Part shown: positions 19,264 through 29,352 of the stretch, piece by piece | Position numbering within the stretch: the stretch's first letter is position 1 | How the letters are laid out: each line of letters starts with the position of its first letter | Assembly (NCBI GenBank): GCA_965208575.1 | Contig: CBDBOV010000001.1 | Location: 224,001-288,000 of the forward strand | Direction of reading: 5' to 3' | Length of the DNA: 64,000 bases | Source: Spirochaetia bacterium | Lineage (GTDB): Bacteria; Spirochaetota; Spirochaetia; SZUA-6; Bin103 | Translations under genes and position numbers: made by a program | Notes under the pieces: generated by a model | Databases searched by the model: none | Seen by the model: the letters and a program-made list of their open reading frames with translations, nothing else | What the model was told of the DNA's origin: nothing

Positions 19264-20340
19264 GTGTTGAAGAACTTCCAGGTTCCCGAGGAGATCGCGG
19301 TGCGCGTGCCGGAGCAGGCGATGCGCTGGACCACCGAGCGGCTGCTGGAGGCGGTCGGCATGCCGGCGGCGGACGCGCGCCAGACGGCCGACGTGCTGAT
19401 GTACGCGGACCTGCGCGGCATCGACACGCACGGGGTCAGCAACATGCTGCGCGCCTACCTGCGCAATCTCGCCGGCGGCCAGTACAACCCGGCGCCGAAG
19501 TGGCGCATGGCGCGCGACAACAAGGCCACCTGCGTGATCGACGGCGACGGCGGGCACGGCATGGTGATCGCGCCGCTCGGCATGCGGCAGGCGATCGAGC
19601 GCGCCGCCGCGTACGGGGTGGGCAGCGTGTCGGTGATGAACTGCCGCCACCTGGGGCCCTGCTCCTACTACGCGCACATGGCGATTGAGCACCGCATGCT
19701 GGGGCAGGCGACCACCGCCGGCGGCGTTGCCATGGTGCCCACGTTCGGCACCAGGCCGCTGCTGGGGCTCAACGCGATGGCGTTCGCGGCGCCCACCGAG
19801 CGCAACCCGCCGTTCATCTACGACGCCGCGCCGAGCGTGGTGGCCGGCAACAAGCTGCAGCTCGCGCGGCGCCTCGGGCAGAGCGTGCTGCCGGGGTGGG
19901 TCGCCGACGAACACGGCAACCCGATCATGGAGGAGGTGCCGGTGCCCGACAAGCTGATGCTGCTGCCGCTGGGGTCGACGCGCGAGGGCGGCTCGCAGAA
20001 AGGGTACGCGCTGAGCGTGATCGGCGAGATCCTGACCTCGGTGCTGTGCGCCTCGGGGGCGGGCCCGCGCCGCCGCGCCGGGTCGGCGCACCACTTCCTG
20101 GCCTACGACATCGCTTCGTTCTGCGACCCGGACGAGTTCATCGCCGACCTGGACCGCTACCTGACCGACCTCCTGGAGTGCCCGGCGGTGCCCGGCGCCG
20201 GCCCGGTGCTGTACTCCGGCTACCCGGAGGCGCACACCGAGGCCGAGCGGCGGCGCGACGGCATTCCCTACCACCCGGAGGTGATCGAGTGGTTCCGGGG
20301 CGCCGCCGCCGAGCACGGCGTCGCCTGGCGGCTGGACTGA
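19264..20340 (+). CDS. Ldh_2 family oxidoreductase (malate/L-lactate/ureidoglycolate dehydrogenase type)
   Basis: ADLRGIDTHGV, IDGDGGHG, NCRHLG, LLPLG...KGYAL motifs. Confidence 0.88.
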   Translation: MLKNFQVPEEIAVRVPEQAMRWTTERLLEAVGMPAADARQTADVLMYADLRGIDTHGVSNMLRAYLRNLAGGQYNPAPKWRMARDNKATCVIDGDGGHGMVIAPLGMRQAIERAAAYGVGSVSVMNCRHLGPCSYYAHMAIEHRMLGQATTAGGVAMVPTFGTRPLLGLNAMAFAAPTERNPPFIYDAAPSVVAGNKLQLARRLGQSVLPGWVADEHGNPIMEEVPVPDKLMLLPLGSTREGGSQKGYALSVIGEILTSVLCASGAGPRRRAGSAHHFLAYDIASFCDPDEFIADLDRYLTDLLECPAVPGAGPVLYSGYPEAHTEAERRRDGIPYHPEVIEWFRGAAAEHGVAWRLD

Positions 20341-20385
20341 CCGCCCGGTCCGTTCGGACCGTCCGGACCGTTCGGCGCGTGCCCT

Positions 20386-20450
20386 ATTGCCTCACGTAAA
20401 AATCTAACCTTACGGTGAGCGTGCCTCACGTAAGAATCTAACCGAAAGGG
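20386..20450 (+). repeat. Left bipartite inverted end
   Basis: attgcctcacgtaaaaatctaacc...gtgcctcacgtaagaatctaaccgaaaggg. Confidence 0.8.
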
Positions 20451-20680
20451 AGGCGGAGAACGAGGGGGGAGCGCGAGGGGGGAGACTCATAAATTGTGGA
20501 TAAGTGGATAGGCTGCTGGGCGACCGGCCGGGTTGATTCAAGCACACCAACGCGACCGGGGGCGTATCTGGTTGGTCGGCGCGGATGAGGAGGCGTCAAC
20601 GGCAGGGAGGTGGTCGGTGCCGTGTCGTGTCGCTGACCGAAGAGGGGGCGGACGGGTCTGGAGGCGACTTCGGTGCTGGT

Positions 20681-20750
20681 GACACGGGGATGTCCAGACA
20701 CCACCTCGTGTCGCGGAGAGGCCTTACAGCGCGGCTGAGGCGACATTTCT
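20681..20750. repeat. ~70-bp direct repeat, copy 1 (copy 2 at 22653-22723)
   Basis: 60 of the first 64 nt are identical; internal hairpin gacacgggg...cctcgtgtc. Confidence 0.85.
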
Positions 20751-21044
20751 TGACGCCGACCGTCTGGCTCACGGATATACGGGCGTCAGAGACGCTCAGA
20801 AGTCATTTGCCGAGCCGGGTGATGCCGCCCACGCCGCGATCGGCGCGCAGGTTGCTGCGGAGCGCACGGAGCGAGGCGCCCCGGACAACTGCACCGAGGT
20901 GCGTTGCCCGGGGCAGGGTCATGACAATTCCCCACCGCCGGGACGGGGTAGGCGACGAGGTTGCGACACCGGAGCCGTCGGGATCGAACGGGGCGGAGGA
21001 GATGCTGTACCCCGCTGACGGACGGAGGGCGTAGCCCGACCGGA

Positions 21045-22610
21045 GTCAGCCGGCGCGGTGCCGTGGAGGCCACCGTGGACGACGCCGAGATGGCGGACCA
21101 GGCAGCCAAGCTGCTCGCTTCCGGGATGAGCGGCTCAGCCTGCGCTCGCGAACTCGGCATCCCGGTGAGCACCTTCAACGAGAACCGCCGCGCCGGCGTC
21201 ATCACAGATCCCACCCGGGAGCCCGCCGCCAGCGCCGAGGTTGCGCCGGCGGCCACCACCACTGATCACCCGGTCAGCACCGCCGCCGCGGTCAGCGACC
21301 CGGCGGTCGCCACTGAGCGCGCCAGCCGCGACGCCCGCGACAAGCACGCGCCCATGGGCCGCGCGGCGCGCGACGTGGAACGCCGCACGCTCGCCAGAGC
21401 CGGCCTGCTGACCGAGGCCACACCAGCGTTCGTCGAGCCCGCCCACGCGGTCGCTGGCGGCGGCGTGCTGGCCGCACTGGCGATGCTGCTGCGCGAGGGC
21501 CTGCTCACCGCCGCCAACCGCCTGTTCCGCCTGCCGGCCGGATTCTACGGCCTGACCACCATCCTCCTGTTCGTCGCCTGCATGACCCTGGCCCGGGTGC
21601 GCAACCCCGAGAGCCTGCGCTACCAGGCACCCGGCGAGTGGGGCGCCATCCTCGGCCTCGACCGCTGTCCGGAGACCAAGACGCTGCGCCGCAAGATCAG
21701 GCTGCTGGCCAGCGCCGAGCACACCGTGCGCGATTGGCAATCGGTACTGGCGCGTACCTGGGCCAGCGAGCACGACGACGACTGGACGACGCTGGCCGTG
21801 GATGGCCACGTGAAGGTGTACACCGGGCGCAACGGGCGGTTGCCGAAACACTTCGTCGCACGCCAGAAGCTGTGTCTGCCGGCGTCGGTGAGCTACTGGA
21901 TCAACGCCCTCGGCGGCGCACCGCTGCTGTGCCTGCACAAGGCGCTGGACCCGAAGCCGGTGAATGCGATCAAGCACGACGTGGTGCCGCAGTTGCAGCA
22001 CCTGGGGGTGGTGACCGAAGCGGCCCCCGACCTGACCGGAGCACCGGCCGGTACCCCGCAGCTGACCCTGGTGTTCGACCGCGAGGGCTGGAGCCCGGAC
22101 CTGTTCAAGCGCCTGGCCCGGCGTGGCATCGCCTGCATCACCTGGCACAAGAACTTCAACGGCGCGGACTGGCTGCCGGAAGACTTCCACACCTTCGAGG
22201 TACCGATCCATGGTCCCGCCGGCACCAGCACGACTGCGGTTGATCTGGCCGAGCAGCCGATCATGCTGCGCAACGGGCTGGTGGTGCGCCAGATCCGGCG
22301 GCGTCTGGCCAACGGTCGTCAGGTGGCGGTGATCACCACGCACCCGCAGATGCCGTTGGCGCAGGTCGCCGGCGCCATGTTCTCGCGCTGGTCGCAGGAG
22401 AACTTCTTCAAGTACCTGCGCGAGCAGTTCAACCTTGACGCGCTGCCGAGCCATGACCTTGCGCCGCCGGAGCCCGACGCACGGGTCGTGAACCGGTGCG
22501 CCGGGCCCTGGAAAAGAGCATCAGGCGGGTACGCAGCCGGCTGGCAGCGGTCCGCAATCGCCTCGCCGAGGCACTGCAGGGACGGCACCGGGACTCCGCC
22601 ACCCGGCTTA
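21045..22610 (+). pseudogene. Truncated and frameshifted putative DDE transposase
   Basis: GGVLAAL, FYGL...L.RVRNPESLRYQAPGEWGAILGLDRCPETKTLRRK, VDGHVKVY, LVFDREG and MFSRWSQENFFKY motifs. Frameshift near 22495 (RVVN|RRALEK); both ends are missing. Confidence 0.75.
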
Positions 22611-22652
22611 CGGTCGCGGATAAAGTTGCACTGAATTGCATGGTTATGCATA

Positions 22653-22723
22653 GACACGGGGGTATCCAGACACCACCTCGTGTCGTGGAGGGGCCTTACA
22701 GCGCGGCTGAGGCGACGTTTTCT
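22653..22723. repeat. ~70-bp direct repeat, copy 2
   Basis: Matches 20681-20750 and lies just downstream of the minus-strand transposase stop. Confidence 0.85.
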
Positions 22724-22776
22724 CATCGCTGACCGCCCATTCTCCGATTATCGACCGTCAGACCCGCCTGAGAGGG

Positions 22777-24051
22777 TCATTTTGCCGTGCGACCGCTGCC
22801 ACCACGCTCCTCGCTCGGTGTTTGCACCGTGCTTGGTGCGGCCTTGGCGGTCTTGCTGACGTTCAGCTGCAGCAGATCCTCGGTCAACCTGGTCAGCTCG
22901 CGCTTGAGGGCGACCGGATTCAACGTCGCGTACTGCTGCTTGAGGCGGTTCTTCACCTTCTCGCTCACCGACTCGGAGGCCAGCATGCGGTGATACGGCG
23001 TCTGCGGGTCGTCATAGATGCGGCGCACCTTGCTGCCGGTGCGGGTTTTCTTCACCAGCTTCACCGAGGGATAGAAGAAGTTCACCAGCAGGCACAGCGG
23101 GCGGTATATCGCGTTGAGGGCAGCCAGTTCCCGGTCGGTGTCGTAACGCAGGTGGCCGACCGCCCGTCGCACCACGTGGCCATTCTTCTGCTCGACGTAG
23201 CAGGTGTCGTTCTTGCGATGCGGGCGACCCCGAGTGAACGTGATGCCGTGCGCTTCGCAATAGCGCAGCAAATGATGATTGATGAACTCGCTGCCGTTGT
23301 CGGTGTCGATCCCCCGCATCACGATCGGCAGGCTCTGCCGGGCAGCGTCGATCGCCTCGTGGGTCCAGCGCTGCGCCTTGTTCTGCACGCCGTACAGGTC
23401 GACCCAGCCGGTGTCAACGTCGGTGATGGTGAGCGTGTGGCAGAAGTCGCCTGACGCGTTGCCGCCTTCATGGCCCACCAAGTCGATCTCGAAGAAGCCC
23501 GGCTCCTGCTCGTCCCAGTCAGCGAAGGTTCGGATCGCGATCTGATCCTTCAGGAGGGTGCCCGGCTTGGTGTGCGTGCGACCCTTCAGGCGCAGCCGTG
23601 CGCGCTCCTGCTGCAGCAGCCGGTCGATGGTCGCGGCGCTGATGGTCTGCAGCTTGCCGCGCACCGCTGCGGTCAGCTCGATCTCGCCGAACGACTCCAG
23701 CGTCGGCAGCATGGTGCGCAGCACGACCACCAGGCGCTTGCCGCACATGCAGTCGAACACGTACCAGATCAGCTTCAGAGCGACCAGCACCTCCTGGTCG
23801 TAGCGCCGCGGTCGCACGCGGCGCTGGGCAGGCCGCGGACGCCCGACCACCAGCTTCACCAGTGTGCCGTCGACTCGCACCATGCGGGTCCGTCCCCACC
23901 AGGTCAACAGATGGATCGCGTACTTGCGCTGGTACCCGGTCGACTCGACGAACTCGTCGAGTATGCGCCCCTTCTCCTTCTTGCCCGCCCGACGATACCG
24001 CTGCGCGTGCTGCTCGGTGAGCTCTCGCCTTGAACTCATCTTCAACCCCAT
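22777..24051 (-). CDS. Integrase-core (rve) DDE transposase, ISNCY-like
   Basis: RYRRAGKKEKGRILDEF, ISAATIDRLL, PGFFEIDLVGH, IDTDNGSEFIN and FTRGRPHRKNDTCYVEQKN motifs. Confidence 0.9.
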   Translation of the reverse strand: MGLKMSSRRELTEQHAQRYRRAGKKEKGRILDEFVESTGYQRKYAIHLLTWWGRTRMVRVDGTLVKLVVGRPRPAQRRVRPRRYDQEVLVALKLIWYVFDCMCGKRLVVVLRTMLPTLESFGEIELTAAVRGKLQTISAATIDRLLQQERARLRLKGRTHTKPGTLLKDQIAIRTFADWDEQEPGFFEIDLVGHEGGNASGDFCHTLTITDVDTGWVDLYGVQNKAQRWTHEAIDAARQSLPIVMRGIDTDNGSEFINHHLLRYCEAHGITFTRGRPHRKNDTCYVEQKNGHVVRRAVGHLRYDTDRELAALNAIYRPLCLLVNFFYPSVKLVKKTRTGSKVRRIYDDPQTPYHRMLASESVSEKVKNRLKQQYATLNPVALKRELTRLTEDLLQLNVSKTAKAAPSTVQTPSEERGGSGRTAK

Positions 24052-24110
24052 CTCCTCCGGAACCTCCTCACGTCCCTCGGAGAGGCTCCAACCGGACCCG
24101 GAAGGTCCAG

Positions 24111-24174
24111 CCCGTTCGGTTAGATTTTTAGATGAGGCATGCTTTCGCTACGGTTAGATTTTCGATGAGTCAAT
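24111..24174 (-). repeat. Right bipartite inverted end
   Basis: Reverse complement reads attgactcatcgaaaatctaacc...atgcctcatctaaaaatctaaccgaacggg. Confidence 0.8.
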
Positions 24175-24218
24175 GCGCGTGCTGGCCAGCACCGGCGCGC
24201 GGCAGTATTATTGTGCGC

Positions 24219-24788
24219 ATGCAACGAAGTCGTCTCTGCGCGGTTCTTATTGTGCTGCTGGCGTTCGTCGTCAGCCCCCTGTTCGCCCAGTTCGAGGATC
24301 GCGATACGCTGATCGGGCTCGACGTGGGCGGGCCGGTGTTCGGAGTCTACTCGGGGTCGTTCGAGCAGGTGCTGCTGGACGACGTGAGCATCTACGTTCG
24401 CGTAGGCTACGAGAATCCCGAGTACAGCCTGCTGTACCGGGAGTCGATCAATGAAGCGTGGGATCTCTGGTCGATCGACGGCCAGATCGGCGCCAACTAC
24501 TATCCGCAGAATCTCGCGCCGGAGGGCGTGTACGCCGGCGTCGGGCTGCGGCCGGCCTTCGTGCGGGTAAGCGACGGCGACACCGAGGAGGAAACCTTCA
24601 CGCTCGGGTTCACCACCCAGTTGGGGTACCGGTTCGTGGTCGGCTCGGTCGTGTTCGGGCCCTACGGCAGGATGGCGTACGCCTGGGCATTCGACGCCCT
24701 GCCCGACTTCGGCGGCGAGGAGATCCTGAGCGGGTTCGGCTCCGGGTTCCTGCTCAGCGCGGGCATCGACGTCAGCATCGCGTTCTGA
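24219..24788 (+). CDS. Small outer-membrane beta-barrel protein
   Basis: Signal peptide ending PLFA; amphipathic strands (GANYY, QLGYRF); C-terminal Phe (IDVSIAF). Confidence 0.7.
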   Translation: MQRSRLCAVLIVLLAFVVSPLFAQFEDRDTLIGLDVGGPVFGVYSGSFEQVLLDDVSIYVRVGYENPEYSLLYRESINEAWDLWSIDGQIGANYYPQNLAPEGVYAGVGLRPAFVRVSDGDTEEETFTLGFTTQLGYRFVVGSVVFGPYGRMAYAWAFDALPDFGGEEILSGFGSGFLLSAGIDVSIAF

Positions 24789-24812
24789 GCGCGCCGGAGG
24801 CTGCCCGGCATC

Positions 24813-25874
24813 TTGGCTGTTCCACTTCGGCCACCCGCCGCTGCCGTCGGGGCCTTGCTGCTGGCCGCGGCCGGTACGGTGTTGACGGGGTGCCGCGGCG
24901 ATTACCGGGAATACCGGGTCGGCGATCGCTCCGTCGACCGCCAGGTGCGTGGGTTGCTGACGCTGCTGGAGCAGGAACGAGGGGGAGCCGACCGGCGGTT
25001 CGTGATTGTCCAGGAGATATCGAAGACACTGCGCGCGGCCGGTGCGCCGCGCCGCCAGTTGCTGTTTCTGGCCACCTACGTGGAGACCCACCCGGCGGAC
25101 CCCTACAATGCGTACTACCTGATGGCGGTAGCCGAGGGGTATCGCGAACTGGGGCAGGATCCGCTGGCAGCGCACTACTACGAGCGCATTCTGCGAAACT
25201 ACACCGACGCCGCGGTGCGCGGGCGGTCGATCCACCTGACCGCGCTGGGCGAGCTGATCGCGCTGGAGGAGGACCCGCGGCGCCTGGTGGGGTTCTACCA
25301 GGAACTGATCGGCCGGTTCGGCGATACCATCGACGTGGGGCGCAGCCACTTCTTCCTGGGCCGCGCCTACGAGGCGGTCGGCGAGTGGGAGCAGGCGGTG
25401 GCCGCCTACCAGGTGTACCTGCAGCATCCCGACACGGAGATACCCGGCTTTCCGCACGGGCGCCGCGAGGTGCTCGGCAAGGTCAACCTGCACTTTTCGG
25501 ACAAGAGCTGGATCATGGACGACCTGGACGCCCTGGTGAGCGCCATCAAGCGGGCGGTGACGCTGCGCGATCGGCGCGCGGTGCAGCGCCTGCGCTCCCA
25601 GGCCGGCTTCTTCGCCAAGTCGTGGGAGCAGCAGGTGGCCGACGAGATGGTGGGCCCGGTGTTCGACCTGTCCGCGTTCTCGCTGTCGAAGGTGCGCTTC
25701 GACGACGCGTTCGACGCCGACTCGACCGCCAGCGAGGCGTTCATCCGCACCACCGGTTGGTCGTACCGGGTCAAGACCTGGTACCTGTACTTCCGGCGGA
25801 TCGATTTCAAGGCCGATCCGGAGATCGATGGCGGCTGGGAGTGGGCCGGCATCTTCCTGGGCGAAAAACGATGA
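24813..25874 (+). CDS. Tetratricopeptide-repeat lipoprotein
   Basis: Lipobox VLTGC; TPR-like FFLGRAYEAVGEWEQAVAAYQVYL; C-terminal WYLYFRRIDF...WEWAGIFLGE. Confidence 0.78.
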   Translation: MAVPLRPPAAAVGALLLAAAGTVLTGCRGDYREYRVGDRSVDRQVRGLLTLLEQERGGADRRFVIVQEISKTLRAAGAPRRQLLFLATYVETHPADPYNAYYLMAVAEGYRELGQDPLAAHYYERILRNYTDAAVRGRSIHLTALGELIALEEDPRRLVGFYQELIGRFGDTIDVGRSHFFLGRAYEAVGEWEQAVAAYQVYLQHPDTEIPGFPHGRREVLGKVNLHFSDKSWIMDDLDALVSAIKRAVTLRDRRAVQRLRSQAGFFAKSWEQQVADEMVGPVFDLSAFSLSKVRFDDAFDADSTASEAFIRTTGWSYRVKTWYLYFRRIDFKADPEIDGGWEWAGIFLGEKR

Positions 25875-27178
25875 GCATCGTGCGACGGGAACGTCCGCGG
25901 CGGGCGCGGCGGGCCGCGGCGGTGGTGCTGGCGGCACTGGCGGTGGCCGCGCTCGGCGCCGCGCCGCCGGCGGGCGCCCAGACGTTGCGCCAGGCCGTGC
26001 CGGCCACCCTGGAGATTCCCGACCACCCGCGCGTGCACTACTACGCGCGCACCTACTCGTCCGCCGCCTCCCGGCAGTGGCTGCTCGGGGTGGTGGATCG
26101 CGCAAGCTTCTTCGCCCACCATATTCTGGGCCAGCTCGACGAGCACGGCATGCCGCCCGAGTTGCTATTTCTGCCCGGCATCGAGTCGGGGTTTTTCAGC
26201 GGCGCCACCTCGCCGGCGGGCGCGGTCGGGCTGTGGCAGCTCATGGGCAGCACGGCGCGCCACTACGGCCTGATTACCGACGAACTGGTCGACGAGCGGC
26301 GCGATTTCTGGAAAGCCACCGACGTCGCGTTGCGCGTGCTGAAGTGGAACTACGCGCAGCTCGGCAACTGGGAACTGGCGCTGGCCGCCTACAACGCCGG
26401 CCTGGGGCGGGTGTCCAGCACGGTGAAGTATGGCGGCACCAGCAACTACTGGGAGCTGCAGCGGCGCGGTCTGCTGCCGCGCGAGACGAGCGAGTTCGTG
26501 CCGCGCTACTTCGGGCTGCTGCTGGCGCTGCGCAACCTGCCGGCGGACCAGTGGCCGCGGCTGGACGCGCTGCATCGGTGGCGCCGGGTGCCGGTGCCGC
26601 TCGGCGGTATCGAACTGCGTCAACTGGGCCAGGTCGCCGGCGTGCCGCGCGGCGTGCTGGAGCGCGCCAACGCCGAGTTGCGCTACGGCCTGACGCCGGT
26701 GCGCAGCGGCGCCAACGCACACCAGATAAAGGTGCCGGCGCACTTCTACGAGCGGCTCACGGACGTGATCGCCTCCGGCGCCGACCTGATCCGGTTCCAT
26801 CGCCACACGGTGCGCACCGGCGATACGATCTCCGAGCTGGCCGAGGCGTACCAGGTGACCCAGGCGCTGATTCGCGAGTACAACCGGGGCGTGAACCCGC
26901 GGCGGCTGCAGATCGGCGCGTCGCTGCACATCCCGCTGCTCGAGGGTGTGGACCCGGCCGACCTGACCGTGCCCGCGCCGCGCGACCTGCGCACGTTCAC
27001 GGCGCAATACCAGGTGGCGAGCGGCGACTCGTTGTGGAAGATCGCGCAACAGCACGACACCACCATCGAGTCGCTGGTATGGCACAACGACCTGGCGGCC
27101 GGCAGCACGCTGCACCCCGGACAGGTGCTGCGCGTGCCGTATCGGTGGGCTCCAGCGGACGATTCGGGATTCGTGTGA
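25871..27178 (+). CDS. mltD: Lytic transglycosylase with two LysM domains
   Basis: IESGF...AVGLWQLM, ALAAYNAG and LPRETSEFVPR motifs; LysM HTVRTGDTISELA and YQVASGDSLWKIA. Confidence 0.9.
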   Translation: MSIVRRERPRRARRAAAVVLAALAVAALGAAPPAGAQTLRQAVPATLEIPDHPRVHYYARTYSSAASRQWLLGVVDRASFFAHHILGQLDEHGMPPELLFLPGIESGFFSGATSPAGAVGLWQLMGSTARHYGLITDELVDERRDFWKATDVALRVLKWNYAQLGNWELALAAYNAGLGRVSSTVKYGGTSNYWELQRRGLLPRETSEFVPRYFGLLLALRNLPADQWPRLDALHRWRRVPVPLGGIELRQLGQVAGVPRGVLERANAELRYGLTPVRSGANAHQIKVPAHFYERLTDVIASGADLIRFHRHTVRTGDTISELAEAYQVTQALIREYNRGVNPRRLQIGASLHIPLLEGVDPADLTVPAPRDLRTFTAQYQVASGDSLWKIAQQHDTTIESLVWHNDLAAGSTLHPGQVLRVPYRWAPADDSGFV

Positions 27179-29352
27179 CCCTGCGCCGCGCGTTGGGAAC
27201 TTTCGCCGGCGGCGTGGCGATTGCGCTGGCGCTGGTTTCGTGCGGCGCACGCCCGCTCGGCACCGGGGTGATACTGTGGAGCGACGGCGGTCCGCTGGCC
27301 ACCGGCGCCACGGTCGAGGTGGTGGAGGAGTCGACCATCGAGGACCGCTACCTGGTGCGCGCCGCCGCGGCCGACCGGGGCGCGGAGCCGCTGCCGGTAG
27401 CGCCGCGCTGGCGCGTGCGGATGTTTGCCGAGCCGGAGCAGGCGGCGGAGTTTGCCGCCCGGTTTGCCGAGTTCGTGGACGTGTACGCGTACGCGGTGCG
27501 CCGCGGCCTGCCGGTGCGGGCCGAGGCGTCTGCCACCGCCGGCATCGTCTACAAGCTGCGCGAACAGGAAGTGATCAAGGTGATCGCGCGCGGCGCGGAG
27601 CCGGAGCAGGTGGGCTCGTTCGAGAACTACTGGTACCGCGTGCTGACCGAGGACGGCACCGAGGGGTACACGTTCGGGGAGTTCCTGCCGGTGTTCGAGT
27701 CGTTCGGTGATCCGCACGCCGAGGCGGCGCGGCTGCAGGCCGACGACCCGGACCTGGAGCGGGTGCTGCGCACGGCGTGGCGGCCCGAGGAGTTCCTGTC
27801 GATGGTGAACCGCCGCCGCTTCGACCTGCTGCGCCTGCGCCCGGAGTACGGGCTGTTCCCGGATCCGGAGGCGGGGGTGTTCCGGCTGGTTACGGCGCAG
27901 CGGGAGCGCGAGTTCCCGTACCGGGCGGTGGAGCGGGTGGGCGACGGGCGCTACGTGCTGGCCACGGCAGGCGGCGACGGCAGCCCGGCGCGCTTTACGC
28001 TGCGCGGCAACGGGGCGCTGGCGTTCTCGTACGTGGACGAGGGCCGGCTGATGACCGAGGTGTTCGTGGACCTGCAGCAGGAGGTGGAGGAGCTGATCGC
28101 CGGCGAGCGCGCGCGGCGCGAGCGGCTGTTCGCGGCCCTGCTGGAGCGCGGTCCGCTGCTGCGCAGCGGCGGCTACGGCACCATCGAGCTGACCGCGGAG
28201 GGCCGTTTCCGCTGGCAGGGGTACGAGGCGCTGGTGCCGCGCTGGGTGCCGGACCGGCTGCCCGGCACCGGGGTGGTGGATTTCCGCTACGCCCTCGGCG
28301 CGCCGCTGCGCGGCGGCTACGACACGGTGGTGACGCTGCTGTTCGACGGCCGCGCGCGCACCGCCGGCGCCGCTGCACCGGGCGGCGGGCCGCCGGGCTC
28401 CGTCGTCGCGGGCGCCGCATCGGCTGGTCCCGCGGCGGGCGCCGCCGCCGGCACGCGGGACGCGACCGGCACCGGCAGCGTTGACCCGGTCTCGGGTGCC
28501 GGCGGCGCGGGCCTGGCGGGTGCGGGGGCGGATGCGGGCGGTGTCCGCGCGGCGCAGCCCGGTAGCGGCGTTGCGGGTGCGGGCGCCGGCGCCGGGCAGA
28601 CCAGCGGAGCGGCGGGCTTGGCCGCCGGCGCAGGAGAGGCGGACGCTGGCGCCGCGGCGGGCGCGGGCAACGGAGCGGCGCGTACCGGGCCGGCGGACAA
28701 CGGCACCGGCGCGGCACAGACGAGCCGGACAGGCACCGGGGCGGCGTCCGCGCCGGCAGGCGAGACCGGTGCGGCGGGCGCCGGCGGGGAGGATGCGGGC
28801 GCGGGCGCGGGAGAGGCGGGCGCCGGGGGCGCGGGCAATGGCGCCGCGCGTGCAGGGCCGGCAGACAGCGGCGCGGGCGCGGGAGACTCGGACGCCGGCG
28901 CCGGGCGCGCCGACAGTGGCGTCGTGCGTGCAGGGCCGGCGGACAGCGGCGCCGACACGGCGGAGACGGGCCGGGCCGGTACCGGGGCGGCGGTCGGGCC
29001 GGGAGGAGGCGAGACGGTTGCGGCGGGCGCGGCACCGGCGGACAGCGGCGCGGGGGATGCGGGCGCGGATGGCGCCGGCAGGGATGCCGCCGGCACGACG
29101 GCGGCCGCAGCCCTGGCCGGTGCTGCCGACGAAGCTGGCGGCGAGGCGGGCAGCGAGCCGGCGGAGCCGGACGAGCCGGAGTACATGCGGGCGACGCCGT
29201 GGGCGGCGGAGTTGACCCTGCTGGTCAGCTATGACGGCGGCGGCGTCCGGCTGACGCCCGCGGAGCCGGCCGCGGCGGCGCGGGAAGTGCGGCAGGTCGA
29301 CCGCTCCGCCGTCGTGATGTACTTCGCCTCGTCGAGCGCGGACGGCCGCTGA
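27175..29352 (+). CDS. SH3-domain lipoprotein with a long Ala/Gly-rich insertion
   Basis: Lipobox LVSC; LPVRAE...VYKLREQEVIKV...WYRVLTEDGTEGYTFG SH3b-like motif; low-complexity block at about 28357-29180. Confidence 0.78.
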   Translation: MTLRRALGTFAGGVAIALALVSCGARPLGTGVILWSDGGPLATGATVEVVEESTIEDRYLVRAAAADRGAEPLPVAPRWRVRMFAEPEQAAEFAARFAEFVDVYAYAVRRGLPVRAEASATAGIVYKLREQEVIKVIARGAEPEQVGSFENYWYRVLTEDGTEGYTFGEFLPVFESFGDPHAEAARLQADDPDLERVLRTAWRPEEFLSMVNRRRFDLLRLRPEYGLFPDPEAGVFRLVTAQREREFPYRAVERVGDGRYVLATAGGDGSPARFTLRGNGALAFSYVDEGRLMTEVFVDLQQEVEELIAGERARRERLFAALLERGPLLRSGGYGTIELTAEGRFRWQGYEALVPRWVPDRLPGTGVVDFRYALGAPLRGGYDTVVTLLFDGRARTAGAAAPGGGPPGSVVAGAASAGPAAGAAAGTRDATGTGSVDPVSGAGGAGLAGAGADAGGVRAAQPGSGVAGAGAGAGQTSGAAGLAAGAGEADAGAAAGAGNGAARTGPADNGTGAAQTSRTGTGAASAPAGETGAAGAGGEDAGAGAGEAGAGGAGNGAARAGPADSGAGAGDSDAGAGRADSGVVRAGPADSGADTAETGRAGTGAAVGPGGGETVAAGAAPADSGAGDAGADGAGRDAAGTTAAAALAGAADEAGGEAGSEPAEPDEPEYMRATPWAAELTLLVSYDGGGVRLTPAEPAAAAREVRQVDRSAVVMYFASSSADGR

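Larger units (their letters stand above)
20386..24174. mobile_element. Composite IS region bounded by ~64-bp bipartite inverted ends
   Basis: Each end has two copies of TG(C/A)CTCA-N3-4-A(A/G)AATCTAACC in inverted orientation. It contains an intact rve-type transposase and a second, broken transposase. Confidence 0.75.

Noticed and set aside
20375-20382. GCGCGTGC here and at 24175-24182 as a TSD of the composite IS
   Set aside because: The left copy is 3 bp away from the apparent end and GC-rich 8-mers recur by chance; not accepted without other copies.
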